The position numbers were made by a program, and so were the translations under genes. Below are positions 28,101 to 55,636 of a DNA stretch of 64,000 bases, piece after piece; the first letter of the stretch is position 1; every line of letters begins with the position of its first letter. Under the pieces are notes generated by a model that ran no database searches, was not told where the DNA came from, and saw nothing but the letters and a program-made list of their open reading frames with translations. This DNA is from Lingula anatina (Eukaryota > Animalia > Brachiopoda): positions 20,498,651 through 20,562,650 of the forward strand of contig CM120647.1 in assembly GCA_051362555.1 (NCBI GenBank), read 5' to 3'.

Positions 28101-28751
28101 CCACCAGGATACCAACAGTCACAACAACATCCTCTGCAGCAACAGCAACAATATCCCCAGTATGACCAGACTGATGCTGCCAAGGCCCAACAGCAACAAC
28201 AACAACAATATCAGCAACAGCAGCAATATCAGCAACAACAACAACAAGCTGCTAACAATAATGCTGCACCAGCTCCACCAAACTACGAATCCAAACCGGT
28301 GATTAATGAACAAGCTAGAGCAGCCAATCAGGGTCCTGCATCCAGTCCTCAAGGTCAAGGTCAACATAATGCTCCACAGCAACAGCCGCAAGAGCCACCA
28401 CGTCCTCTTACAGCTCTAGAGAAGATTGACAGAATATTTGCAAATGTTAACGAATTGCGTGTACAAGTGGAAAACTTTAAGGGGACGAGGACTGACAAAC
28501 AGTACCCTTATTTAACAGAGATGCTGACTAGAGATCTCTTAGAATTGGACGGTATTATGTCCGATGGCGACGAGAAAATTCGCCATGCTAGGAAGAACTG
28601 TGTCCGGACGGTGCAGGAAGTTCTTGACCAGCTTGAGCTGAAGGCACTAGCTAATGAAACTCCAATGGAGACGGGTCAAGGTCAGACAGAGGTCAAGGCC
28701 ATTAGTGCAAATGGTTCTCCTGCAGAGGTGACAGAACAGACTAAATTATAG
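25131..28751 (+). CDS. BAG3: BAG3-like Hsp70 co-chaperone (WW + IPV motifs + Pro/Gln-rich region + C-terminal BAG domain); exons 25131-25292, 27654-28751
   Basis: WW domain [33 protein letters not shown]; IRIPVHH and TKIPIHI motifs; BAG domain [75 protein letters not shown]; phase-0 GT-AG intron. Confidence 0.88.
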
Positions 28752-31516
28752 TAGCATTACTATCTCTTATGCTGTTTTTATAATTATGATTATTATAGGA
28801 TAATATACTTTAACTATATATCTTATTTATTTTTGTGCGTAAGGCTAAAGAAGTGGGTGTATCTTGGATTCAAGGAAAAAATGTCAGTTTTGTGGCCAAC
28901 TTTTATGTGATGTGAAACAGTGTGATTTAGTTGAACATACTATTTGAGGATGAAATCTACAAACTTTTAATTTTGGCAGTACATTGCCAGTAAAGAATTC
29001 CTGTCATCCCAATTATCTTTTAGATGTTAAGTATGGCAATTACTTAAAGGTGAATGACATTAAGTTTTATGGTGTTAAATTTACATGGAATATGATGCTT
29101 GTTTAGAAACTACAATGTTAATTATAATAGTCTGATAACTGGCCAGTTCTATGTATGTGCCTGATAGGGTGTCATCTTGGCTTAGCCTGGTACATTACTG
29201 CAAAGTAACTTAGATCTTGGACCTCCTTCTAAAATAGTATTTTTGGTTATGTGCCACATTGCAGTTGTGTGAGATATTTAACCAAGAGAGTAGTCACGAG
29301 AGTGTTACAAGATGTGAAAGCATCAGACTGTGTTCAGAATATAAAGTTAAATGTGTTCAGAATATAAAGTTAAATGTTTATTAAACATATCATTCAGCAG
29401 TGATTTTAGTTCAAAACACTTAAGGTTAAAACAAGCTTTTGCCAATTAATCGTTGTTTTAAGGCGAACACTTTGTCTGGGAATTAATAAGAAGCATGAAT
29501 ATTTTGTTAATGTTATTATTATTTTGACAAAATTGTGCTACTTAAATTTTAGGTTGTTATATTCTAAGAGTGAGGTCTGAAGTGCCCAGTTGTTCACAAG
29601 ATATTTTTCCGAGTGTCATGTTAACTGATATCTCTTTAATGTCAAGATGCATCACTTCTTTTATATATAGTGTATTTAAAAAGCATTTTCCTTGTAACAA
29701 GCTACTTGTATCAATATTTATATTTTGTTGAAATATGTTGTATATAAAGATGTTATTATAAAAAGAAAATGTAGTTTTTTTTTTCACTTTCCCAAAGTTG
29801 AAAGTTACATATGAAGTGAGCATAGATAATCTGTACCAGATATAAACCACTTCTACTAGATTGACAGGCCATGACAACATCAGCCATGGGATCTTTAAAC
29901 CGCAGTTCCTTTAAATTTCTAGAGTTAAATTGACCTACTCATCTGTCCCACCAGTCCTTTAAAGTCTGTCAAACTGATGAATAAGTGCATGGCACAATAC
30001 TGCTGCGTGCACAGTTATTTAAACGAGTTGCTAAATATCACAGAAAAAAAGCAGAAAATACCCATCGAAATATCATTTTTGTGAAATATGAAATGATGCT
30101 CTTTGGTATTTCTTTACATTATGCAATTATAGTGGCACTTGGATGGGTTTTATGGAAAGCATCTCACTTAAAGTTTCTCTTTAAAGTTAATGCAAAGTGA
30201 CTGAAAATTTCTGTTGTCATGGTGGCAAGTAAAACAAACTTGATGACCAACTGTTTAATTTTTGGCCCATGTCATAAAATTCCACATCTAGCTCTCACCA
30301 CCCAAATAGCTCTTTAAAATGTGCCAGAACACATTTTATTAAATGCTTTTTAAAGGAATTTTTAAAATCAAACTGATGTCGGTAGATATATTCTTCATTA
30401 AAAAGAAAACAAACTAGAAAATAATATGCAACACATTTATTTTTATACAAAAGAAAATGAAAGTTCCTTCCAACAATAGTCAATAAACAACCTCCATCAT
30501 TTATCAGTTATTTTCATTTAGAAGGTACTCAAAACAATAAATAAATTATTCAAAACTTTCTTGCATGGTTTGAAATTGAATATTGAGTACATCTAGAGAA
30601 ATGCTTAAAATTTCAGGGAAAGCTCAATCAGATAATTTCCATTTTACAAATCTGAAGTTCTCTTTACACCAATGATATAACAGTTTACTACATCCATGTA
30701 AATCTTAATTTTTCTTCCCACAGTTAAGTGTCAAATACATCTTGCCATGTAACATGATGATGTCTTGCTAAAAGAATTAATATCAGAAGCTGCCTAGATT
30801 TCCTAAAACTGATTATCATCAAAGCAAATGGCCTTAGTGCACCTGTAACATGTTCACTAGTTTCTTAGCAAAATATACTTAGGTTTTCACATTGATTATA
30901 ATAATTTGGGCACAGGTGTAGGCAATATTACATGCAATTACCCATCTTGAGGCCAGTTTTGCAAAGTATCTATCACAAACAAAGTCTCATTATCGCTGTT
31001 TGTTAGGTAAATCTCTCCATCAAAGACGGGTTACTTTAACAAACAACACTAATAACAATGGTTTTCATGTGATATCTTCATGACACCAGCCCCAAGATGG
31101 CAATAAGCAAAATACACAAAAGCACTGCTTAGATTAATGTCACATTTAAATGAATAATTTTTTTAAAAAATGTCCAGCTGCAGACCGATTCAGAACTCAT
31201 AAACCAAGAAAAAATTATATTACAAATTCAGAAGAGCCAAATAACACTCTATATTTCACTCAATTTGACTGAATAAAAAAGTGACTATGTCCAAATATGG
31301 CTCCTGGAGTATCAACAAGGAATTCAAACATCATCTTCCTAAACCATAAATAAGTCACCTAGAAGAGCACCCAATTTTGTTCCCTTCAGCTTTTCTTTTT
31401 CATCCATGCTATGACTGAACTCTTTAGTTTCTATAACCAGAAAATATCTGTCTTCAGAGTACAAGCAAACTACCATCACATCTGGCTTAAAATAATGCTC
31501 TTTTTATCTCTCTCTC

Positions 31517-44627
<13,111 letters not shown>

Positions 44628-44639
<12 letters not shown>

Positions 44640-44852
44640 CTTGGATATATTCTATCCCAGAAGCACTACTTGTGTAACTTGCCTTACATAAGCCGAGATT
44701 GAATGAAAAACTATTTGCATAACACATTTGAAGGCATTTGCTGTTTTATGTGTAGTTATATGTTGGTATTATAACCAAATAGCCCATCAGCTGCTTTAGT
44801 TCTGTTAAAATAGCAAAGATTATTGTTGACCCCTGGGTTGACCCGGAAGTTC
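44628..44852 (-). promoter_or_regulatory. SDHA proximal promoter motifs
   Basis: YY1-type CAAGATGGCGGC overlapping the ATG and ETS/GABP-type CCGGAAGT at 44843-44850; both are typical of nuclear respiratory-chain genes. Confidence 0.45.
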
Positions 44853-46917
44853 TTAGAGTTGACCTTGCGTGCCCTTATCCCGTGAGAGGCAGCTGAGGGG
44901 GGGGGGGGGTTAAGTTAAGTTAATTTAAGCCACACGAATTAAACGAGTGACTCCCAGTTTGAGAGAAAAAAAGAGGTATAGAGGGTTAAAAGTCTTCTAC
45001 ATACACAAAATCCACGCTTCTCTTTTTCAAAGATCTCCAGATATTCCAAATGATCGGCTGAATTTCCACCTAAAAAAAGACAAAAAAAGGGGGCGGAGGA
45101 AGCGGGTGTTCCCAGGCCTACATTTATAATTTGGCTATAAGGTGGTATTAAGGTTGGCCATTTTTATACATGAAAATGTATACATGACAAGCGCAAGCAC
45201 GTAGGAGTCAAATATCAAAACCATGCCTTGTGGTTCCGTACCGCACAAGGCTGAATTATAGGTATAATTAGGCCTAGGCTACTCCTGGAATAAGAATAAG
45301 ATTGCAGGTAGGCTAAATGTAACAAATATTGGCTACGCGAACTTTGATTTTTTTTAATGCTACGTACAATATTTGCCACTTTTGTTTGCCAAGGATCGAT
45401 CGTAACCTCAATTTACACAAACCAAAAGTTTTCAGATGTTTTAAAAGTGACCTAGCTGTTTATAGGGGTCCTACATTTGATCGAGTAGTATATTTAGCGT
45501 GATCCGTGAACAACCGGGCCATGCCGCTTCTTATTTTTCGTCCTTCGTGAAACGAAGTCATTATACTCGTCGATTCTGATTTTCAACTCGTATTTCTTGT
45601 ATTTTCACTGAGACATGAATAGTTTTATTCACTGTGATATGTGAATGATTTTATTTCCCGTGAACTGTGATCACTACCCCCTCCCCCCCCATGAGACCCT
45701 CTTTCAACATGTTAACACAGATGAGTACATGCATGTATTTGATGGTAATTAGACAATAATTGTCATTCCTGAATTGATTTTGAAGTAATTGTTTTTATTT
45801 CCCGAGCTTTTTCCTTTTATATAATCACTCAATTTTCGCGCTTTTCCCCGAGGTCATTTAATTAAGTATGAATTTACAGAGTAGGCCTACAAGGTCAAGT
45901 CAGTGGTTTGAAGTAGTAAAATAAGGTCTGTCTTAATTGATTTCATCGAACTGTCCGTTAACTAGGCAAAGGCCAATCATACCAGGCCAAGGACAAATTA
46001 TGAAGTCGTTTAAACAGACCCTTCCGGTTATGGTGATTTATCGTTGTAAAAAAGTGCAGTGTAACTACTGCACCCTGAATATAAGAGGTTAATTACTACA
46101 AATTCTGACTACAAACTAGCTTCCGTTAATCACCGTGTCTCTGTCGTTAACTATATAGCCTACCGAAGGCAGTGGAGGGTAGTTGGCAGGAACCACAGAA
46201 ACGCAGGATGCAGAAACGTGCGTGCATCTGGCAAGGTGCGGTGTTGGCATTGGTTCAGGGAAGCCGCAGCTTGTGCCTTTTTGTTTTCACACTATCCTGT
46301 TCCGCTTGCGTTGAGGAAATAAATGAACAGGAGATGTATCAGCCGAGGAATTCTTCATTCACACTTCTCACTTCCCCCAACCGTACTCTGCTGTTCATGG
46401 CGCTGGTACAGTTACCAGTGACTTCTCAAACCCAGGCTGCCAAACCGCTATTTTCTAAAATCGCTAAGTATATCTGTTTGTTTAGACCATTCAACACAAA
46501 TAAACAATGATGTGTGGTGTGACGCCAATTTTTAATCTAACACGAAAATATGTTCTGCTGTTGTAAAATAAATTGAAATTTAACCGCAAGGAAATTCATT
46601 TGATATCGTGTGAACTGCTGATAGCGAGAATAAAGTCAATGGAACAGAAATAAATGGCCAACAAACTTGCACGTGTTCGATATGGAAATATAACTCGTGT
46701 TTAGGTCTTGGTCGAAAAGTTTAAATTAATAAAATTAATTTCATATAATTTAAGGTTAAAATGCATCATCCCAAACACGAATTATGAATGAATAAGAGGG
46801 GAAAAAAGAATCAATCAAAAAAAAAAAAAACAGATCGAGAGATCAAACCACCTCCTTCATATAGTAGGTAGTTCCCAGCAGTGCAGCATACATGATGTAT
46901 ATTAAAAACCCGCTTGT

Positions 46918-47316
46918 GAGTCATATGTAGAGAGGCCCACACTTGATGATCTAAATGATTTTCTTTCCAAAACTCCAAAATGATATCAGGCCTATTTGTT
47001 ATATTTTAGTTCAAAATAATGGTTCCTCCTTTGTGACCAGGTTCAGTTACATGTGAAATAAAAATCGGCCTGAAACCGGTTTTCTTGAGCTACCTTCTTT
47101 AAATCCTATTTTTGAACTTGACGTTTTTGTCTGTCACTTTTATTTTGAAGCTCTTTTGTTGAAAGGTGCCCTTGTGACAGTGACTCATAAAAATAAAAAA
47201 AGATCAGAGCAACACACGAAAAAATGAAAACCAAGAGAATTTTTTTATACTCAGTCGATAGAATTTAGAGTAGAATAAGTTGACTCAAGTATGGGACCTG
47301 ATGTGCGCTTCTCTAT

Positions 47317-47345
<29 letters not shown>
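46918..47345 (+). repeat. Upstream block duplicated at 61720-62135 (part of a ~14.5-14.8 kb tandem duplication)
   Basis: GAGTCATATGTAGAGAGGCCCACACTTGATG...GGGACCTGAT is near-identical in both places. Confidence 0.9.
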
Positions 47346-47347
<2 letters not shown>

Positions 47348-48992
47348 TTTGAAAGTTCTAGTCAAAAAGTAAAAATGTACGAAATATACGAAAAACATTG
47401 TTTTTTAAATGAAATGTATGTACATCTTTCCTTTTTCACGACAAAAATATCCGATTCTTACCTCAAAAACTTCTGCTTCGCATCGGTAATTTCCGTGGTG
47501 ACCAGGATTGCAGGAGAAAACAAATTTGTGCAAGTTTTTCAAATTTGGACTTTATTGAAAACACACACATGTAGCAGTAAAAAGGAAAAACATCTTAGAA
47601 ACGTGGGTGTGATTTGTCTAAGCTAAAACACCGCAACAGGAATAATTCAATTTAAGGACAGGTTTTTAAAATACTCAAGAATGGCGGGGTTAAAAGATAT
47701 TTTCAGATACGGCATCCAAAACCTAACGTGTGAGTCAAAGAATTGGCAGGGGGTCTTCTGTCTGTCATGAATTAATTTTCAAAATGCGGCGATGCACGGC
47801 ACTTGGGATGAGAGAACCATGGTGAAAAGACACAGTGACGCACCTATAGGGTTAAGGTAGTGGTGGTGGGAGGGGTGGGGTAGAAAGTAGACGGAAGTGA
47901 CGTCACCGCCTTGACACACCCCTTAACTACGCCACTGACACACCCTTGGATTTTATTCCATAGATTATGCACGATTACCGCCGACTAATACCCTGCAGTT
48001 TTAACGATAACTGGACATTAATAACTTTTATTTAGAATCTGTCGTTACCAGTAACACCCTGAGTTTTAAGGAAAACTGACATTAACAACTTCTATATAGA
48101 ATCTGTCGTTTCCAGTAACACCCTGCGTTTCAGACATTGAACTTACCACGGCATACTCCGGTGACCATGGATCCAGTAACACCATGTGAGTTTTTGGGGA
48201 TAACGGTTGGACTATTTGCAATATCAGCATGAGTCCACCGTCCCTGAGTCCACCGTCCCCCCCCCCCCCCCCAACTCAGGGTGCAATAGCTACCTGTAAC
48301 TGCGGTATGCACGTCACGTGCTTCAGTTCCATTACTACGATGGCCAGAGCATCCATTCCTGAGCTTGTGGATTGCAGCGGTCAGTCGTGAGTTAATTTGG
48401 ACACCGAGGATGATTAACAAGGAAGGGAAATCGCTAGCCGTGAGTGTATGCACCAACCTTAAAAAAGATGACCAGCAATGATTTAATCATAAACATTTGT
48501 GAAACGAGCACATATGTTTCTTGTCAAGTGAGACAATTAACAAGAAGCCTCATTTTGAGCCTTCATAGCCCCCTTAAAATAATGAAGAATTATCGAGGAA
48601 AACTTTTTATGAGACATGGATGAAAATATATACATGTCTATATATGTATGAATGTACTAGTATATGATGACCCGCGATCCTCTCCTCTTAAGCGCAGGCG
48701 CAATAGAAAACGTGTACAATGCGAAATAAAAATAGAAAACGTATGTGTACAATTCTCTCGCCAAGTATTTCTATTTTTAACTTTTTTTAGATGTGTGCCA
48801 AGCTTGTTCAGCCTTGGAGTTCCCAATAAGGCACAAGGTCGCGCGCACCGATTGTGACGACACAGTGATTAATCCGGATTTGTCGAGTCACGGGGATTGG
48901 GGAATAGACTGGTTTAAAAACCGCGACGGAATTCGTGGCCTTTTATATTCGGGACAGACAGCAGACGAGAAGGAGACAAAAAAGATAAAAAT

Positions 48993-51979
48993 ATGAAGGT
49001 AGGTCTAATTGATATAAACTAGTGTGTTATATCAGCATTAAAAGTCGCTGGTGTTGGTAAATTCGCAATTTATGTATTCTTTGTTTGCTTTTTTGCTATT
49101 GGAATGCACTCCCCTTCTTTTAAAGTTTAGATATCTCTCCAGAATAAAAATCATTTTTTTATCAGATCCATTTTCTTATGTTTTTTTTTTCCAGAATTTT
49201 TTAAGCACACCGTTAGTCTTAGTAGTATTTCTCCTGATTTCTGGGGATATTTTGGAAGCTCAGGGCGGACGGAAAAACCAGGAACGCCGTTTACAAAGGC
49301 TAATGCGCCTTCAAGCTTCATTGGGCGTCCCCCTCGCGAACGACGCTGCGAACGACGCTGCGGGCTCTGATGGCGACGCCTCGAAGGTGATACGGCAACT
49401 GCAGAGCACGGTGGCGGCCTTGGGCAGGCAACTTATCATGCAGCAGCTGTTTGTAGAGGAAAGAATACGGTCTGAGGGGAGCTCGGGGATAAAACAGATC
49501 AGACTTCAGACGGACGGTGAGTTTTGGGATCTTAGTTAGACGTGATGGTCCCGTGCAAATGAGCCTGGTTTTCAATGTTGCTATTTTGAAGAAATTATCA
49601 GTGTATCTTCGCTTGCTTTACAGGGTCGGTGAAATACTTTGCCTATATGTAAGTGTTGAAAAACCGAGTTTAAGAATTATCATATGAATATCATTACATG
49701 AAAAATTTCCCGTAGATGATACGGCCGCTAGAGCGTGGCGTGATCCCCTCCTATGCACGCGATGCTGGTGCGTTAAAGTCACTGAATTCTTTTATATTAT
49801 GTGTTGATTATAACCCCTGTTTTGTCAAATACTCTAACAAGAAGAATCGCTTATGCCTTTCCTTCTCAGCAGAATCAACACCTAGCACATAAAATATATG
49901 ACCATGTATGAGAAACTGACATCCCGTCTTTACTGAAAAGTTACCTTAGAGCAACTTTGAGTATTACAGTTTATATCACTGGAGACCGACTCCTATTTGC
50001 AGCATGCCTATGTCTTTTCCTGTAAATGGAAAGGATAAGTTAATCGCTTTATCATAGGGTGCTGAATTAAATCTAAGTTAAATGCCGAGTTAAATCATAG
50101 AGAAGGCAAAATGATGTAAGGGTCATTCCACAAAAAAGGGAAACATTTGAGATCCGCCAGTGATGCACATCTTTTATGGAATATCTGCTTAATTGCCGTT
50201 TATCACGTTTATATTCTTGTTTATTTCTCTCCATATTAGATGGATCAAACAGCAAAAATAATGGTTTGCATATAATTTGTGCATCACTGGCGTGACTCAA
50301 ATGTCCTCTTCTTTGCGGAAGAACCAGTATTTCATCTTTATCAAAAATCAAGACATTCAAACCGCATTACTGTCATTTGAAACGTTCACCAGAGCTTCAT
50401 TAACGCACAGTTTGCGTATGCGGCGGTTATCAATAAATCTATTAGCATGATTTGAGTATTTAAACCAACCACCAAAAGTCATTTAGAAGACGGAGAACTC
50501 AAAAATGGACACTCAAATTTTTACAGCTGATAATAGTGTTTGCTATGGTCTAGTTGAAGGGGCATTAGTTAATTTAGTAATATAAAATGGCCACAAAGCG
50601 TCGTAAATCAAAGGATAGAGAACTACAATGCCATGATGGACAACACTTATCTTCATTTTATGGACTTCGTTTTGACAGGTGTTTTGATCATTTTTAGACG
50701 AAAGCCTTTATCGACGAGGCATCTTTGCGTCTTTTTCCTTTGTCAGACGTGGCGGTCTTCTTATTCGTTAACATTTTCTGGTACAAAATGACAAATAAAC
50801 CTTTCTTTATTTATAAACCAATTTATCTCTTTGTTTGATAACTTTATTTTATGTTTTGTTATTTATTTTTATTGCGCGCACGTGAAAGTATTTGTGTGCT
50901 TTGCAATACGCCGCATCTGCTTAATTATTTATCTGAACTAAAATCCCACGACCATTATTTTCGCTTTAACCTCGTGAATCTGCTATCTAATCCATCATCA
51001 TCACACACTTAAAAACTGTCGAAATAATTTCCTTCAATTTCCACAAAATAAATACAAGTTCCGTTGCATATCATTTTCAATTTATTTCAATTTACGTATA
51101 TAATCACCAATCAACATGTTCTAAGTCTATAATTAATAAATAATTATAATGAGCATCCGTTGTACAGTACTTGTAGTTTTCCAGGCTCAGTTTATATATG
51201 ATGTCAAAAGGATATACTGCGGATTGAAATAAGTAAACAGCGGTCACGCTCTGAATGAAACGGATGTGTCTTCTATGAAAATTATATTTTCTTTAACCAT
51301 ATAAAGTTTAAATTGCATAAGCAGGTCATCCTAGGGTCGACAATAGTGCTCTCCGGTTCTTGTGTTGTGTTGCCCTTTTTGCATGGAGATATGTGCGTGT
51401 GCATGTGTCCATGAGAGATTGAGCTTGAGATTGATTTTAAAATGTCACAAAACCAAATTTGTCTCTCCAGGCACGCGGCCGTACCACTCCACGACGTACA
51501 CCGGTAACAGCGCCGTCAGTATTCATAACCACGCTAACTACGACCGCACCATAGGGATGGGAGAGTTCGTCGCCGTATTGAACGGGGTGGAGTTCCGGAC
51601 CAGACATAACGATTACAAGTTCGTCATGCCGTGTCGGAGAAGCAAAGATTTTCACTGCACGGAGGATATCCCTTTCCCTGATGTGCCACCAGAGGTACTG
51701 TTGGCATCGTTTGATAATTTTGCAACAGTGTCAGAATATTTCAAGTGTAAAGAAGTCTATTTAGTTGTAATAGATCTATTTTTAGTAGTATCAATCTTTA
51801 GTTATCTATCTGTTTACTTTTCTCTTAATTTGTTTATTCATTTATCTTCATTTTATGGACTTCGTGTCTTTTATTTTTGTATTTTTATTTTTCGTCTTGC
51901 TTTTTAAAATATATGAATCAATTTGTTTTTTGATTGTTTGTTTCATCAATTTATTCATCTATCTATCTATCTATCTATC

Positions 51980-52042
<63 letters not shown>

Positions 52043-55000
52043 GTTCATTGCTTTTTCGTTGTATAATTACCAACCATGTATGAATTCAGGTAAGAAATAA
52101 AGCCACGGTGCAGGAACAAATAGCGGAGATGAAGGAGTGGTTCAAAGCCTGGAAAAATCAAGACAAATCTCACAGAGATTACACTAAATACTTCAAAGCC
52201 AACCTTTGCTACTTAGAAGGAGCCTGGATGAAAAGTTCAGGTAATGGAAAATTATCTGCGAAAAATAATGAAGTACTCAGAAAGCTGTGTCAGATGTAGA
52301 ATCTGTGGGCCAGAATGTTACCAAATCCCCTATTCTTATTATCTATTATTTTGTTGTTTGTTTGTTGATTTCAAAAGAAAATATGTACTTAATGATATTC
52401 AGAAAATAAGATACTCAGAAAGCTGTGTCAGCTATGTTGTCGTAAGAATGAACAGTTTTTAAAATAATTGCCAGTAAATTATATATTCTTATTTTCTGTT
52501 TATTTGTTTGTGTGCGTAATTGTTTGAATTAATAATGTGTACTTCAACGGTATTTATTAAGCAAAAAGCTTTAATTTGCATCCCATTAAAAAAAATTACA
52601 GTATTCGTATCTTTCACTCACAGCATCTTTAGAAGAGTCTTTCGACAGCGATCGCCACTTTTTGGACGCCACGGACTGGTTTGACCTGCACGAGAAGGCT
52701 CGCTTCAGCGCGTACTCTGGTCGCAAGGACAACCTTGAGAACTTCGCCTATCTTCCCGTCACCATTTCCGGTCTCATCAACGGCACGATTCCCGAGCTTG
52801 CGCAGTGGAACTACCGGATATTATGTCATCCCCTGAAGAAGGACATACCGTTCAGCCACTTCCGGACCGTGGACGACCTTCATTCCAGAATGGCCTACAA
52901 ATCCAGCATGGCGCTACAAACCGGATCACGAAGAGCGAGGTAAGGCCAATTACGGAGACTGTATCCGGTAACACTTCATTTCAATATTTTTTCATCTATC
53001 TATTTATCGGTTTTTCAGTATTGAATGAGATTTAATAAATGTTTTGTACAAAAAATAAATTAATCTTCTCATTCAACAATATCAGAAGATTTCATATTTA
53101 AAAAAATATGGATTAATTTTTGAAAAATATAATAAGTAATATAATTGAATGTAAAATATAATACAAATATAATAGTATAAATATAATTAATTGGATAAAT
53201 TTACTAATTGTCTGGATCATCCATTAAAAAAACAAAATTACAAAATATTCCATAGGTTCCAACTAAACCCTGACAACCGTGAGTACTGGAGTGAAGAGAA
53301 GGCGTATCAGCGTAGTTTTCTGGACGAGCTGATGGAGCAGATCCCAGGCAAGGACAATTATCCAGCTAATATAACAGACGACATCTTTGGTTACACGGCC
53401 TTCACCTTGGACCCGGACGAAGACGGCAACGACCGCGTGCTGAATGCCGGTTACTACCATCGTTGGTTTAAAGTCGCTAAAAAGGTGTGTTAATTCATCT
53501 TTATTATAATTTTTTTTTCAAAATTATTCTATCATCTGTTCTGTCATTATTTAATCATTTCATTTTTATTCAAACTTTTAACATTTATGTTGACCCATAT
53601 TCATTACTTTTTCTGTAAAAATAAACTGCGTTCAAAAGTTTTCATTTTCGTGGTACATGTAAGTTAGAAACACGAACAACCATAACAAGGACTTTATTTA
53701 TGCGTTTTTCCACTCGGTATTAGGGAGCAAACGGCTTAACACAGATGCATCGTAGTTACTCGGACCAGAACATCTTCATGGCTATGACAACACAAGAGAA
53801 AGTAGCCGGTCTAAGTATTAAAGATTGTAAACTAAGGAAGAAAAACAACAGAGGTAAGTAGAAAACAGTTTTTTTTTTCAATTTTCATCATACAAGTTTT
53901 TTCCCCATTCTGCCTTAGAAAGCATAAACAAAGTTAGATTTACACCGTTTAACAACAGCATGCTGTAAGGTACAAATTTCTTCAACCAATAACTATTTAA
54001 AACATTTAGATATTGGAAATCGTATTCCTATATGATTTTAGATTGAAAGACTGTAATTTGTAGTGAAAGACTGCGGCAGAATAGAACAGAAGTGGACCTA
54101 TGCTATCCCCCTGGAGATCGTGTATTCAACGCCTCTGAGTTCCTGGAACCCTTACAACCTGCACTTTAAAGGAGACGCCAAGTCCGACCTTGGGAAGACT
54201 GTGAGAGAGGGGCCAAACGGTAAGAACCGTGGGTGTAGAGATGTGCCTGGTGGATTTTGTGTAGACCTTGTATCAACAACTGCGAACCAATTTATTCAGT
54301 ATTCTGGAAGTCTTAAAAGTCCATTGCAGTTGTTTGATACAGATGCTTTATTAAGACCACAAACTATAGTCCGCTTTTGCCCATTTACTCATTTAAAGAT
54401 AATTTAAGCCCGGTTATAACCATTTTATGCACGGAAATGGATAATTACGCCCCCAGATTTCACAGTCGTATATTTTATCATAAACTGCCGATCATCTGCT
54501 AGTATAATCGCTATATTTTCCTTTTTGTCTTTAAAAGGTTCTGTCCGTAATGGAAAGAAGGAAGCCAACTTGGCATTTGATGGTACCAACAATGCCTTTT
54601 ACTACCACACTCCGGTAGAGATGTTCTACACCAACGGGGATAAGGACGCTGCGGACACCGTGAGATATAGAGGCGTTGGTGTCTTGGACAGACAAGGTAC
54701 AGTGATGATTAGAATTACAGTTATAATTTAACCACTGAAATCTACTGTCGGGTCTACGCTTTGAGTTATCAACTACTCTTGGAGACCATTTCCACAGATA
54801 TTTAGATCGATCTATCCCCCTGGGGAGTCTCACTAAATTGCTGTCAACTTGGCCGGCTTAAATGTCTGTCACGCCTTGTAAAGTTGTTAGGGGGTAATTA
54901 TCTGTACCCTTGCTGATTCGGCAGGCGTGACAGACAATTAAGCCTCTTGAGCTGACAGCAATTTGGCGTGAACCCCCAGGGAGTTAGGTTAGATGGGTCG

Positions 55001-55592
55001 ATCTAAATCTGTGGAAGTGCAGTCTTGGACTGGGTTCCCATCCATAGATCGATCTAACAGGATCGGTCCATCTCCACAGGGTTTCTCGTTAAATTGCTTT
55101 CAGCTTAAGTGGCTTAGATGTCTGGGACGCCTACCTAAAGCTGCTAAACGATAGTTAATTAGCCCTTATCAGCTTCAGTAGGCGTGACAGACATCTCAGC
55201 CGCTTAGGTTAATTGCAATTAAGCGAGAATCTCCTTGGGGATAGTTCGATCCAATGTTAGTACAACAGGGTTTGGGAATGGTTTCTTGGAGTCCTTGACA
55301 GACAAGGTAGACTGATGATTAACATTACTGTTATCCTTGAGTTTGTTCTTTTTACATATTCGACATCTGAACATAAATTTTAGTCCATGAAATCTGATGG
55401 TCTTGACGTACCATACAGACAAGGTGTAAATTGAACACACTTTTTTCTAGGCGAAGTAAAATCGGTAGATGCCTCTGGTTTTCGAATTGAACTTAACATA
55501 GATGGCGCTGGTGAAATTCGTCAGAGATGGCCCATTATGCCCGTGTCGGTAGAGGGCAGCACCATCATGAAGGAGATCGAGGCACTAAAGGT

Positions 55593-55636
<44 letters not shown>

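Noticed and set aside
27526-28391. Antisense and alternative-frame ORFs over BAG3-like exon 2 (poly-Leu 'membrane' peptide)
   Set aside because: Shadows of the CAG/CAA poly-Gln tract.
45000-46900. Possible gene divergent from SDHA (ORF 46172-46510)
   Set aside because: GTG start, no recognisable motif and no consistent splice structure.
47988-48130. ~65-bp two-copy tandem repeat
   Set aside because: An ordinary short local duplication with no evident function.
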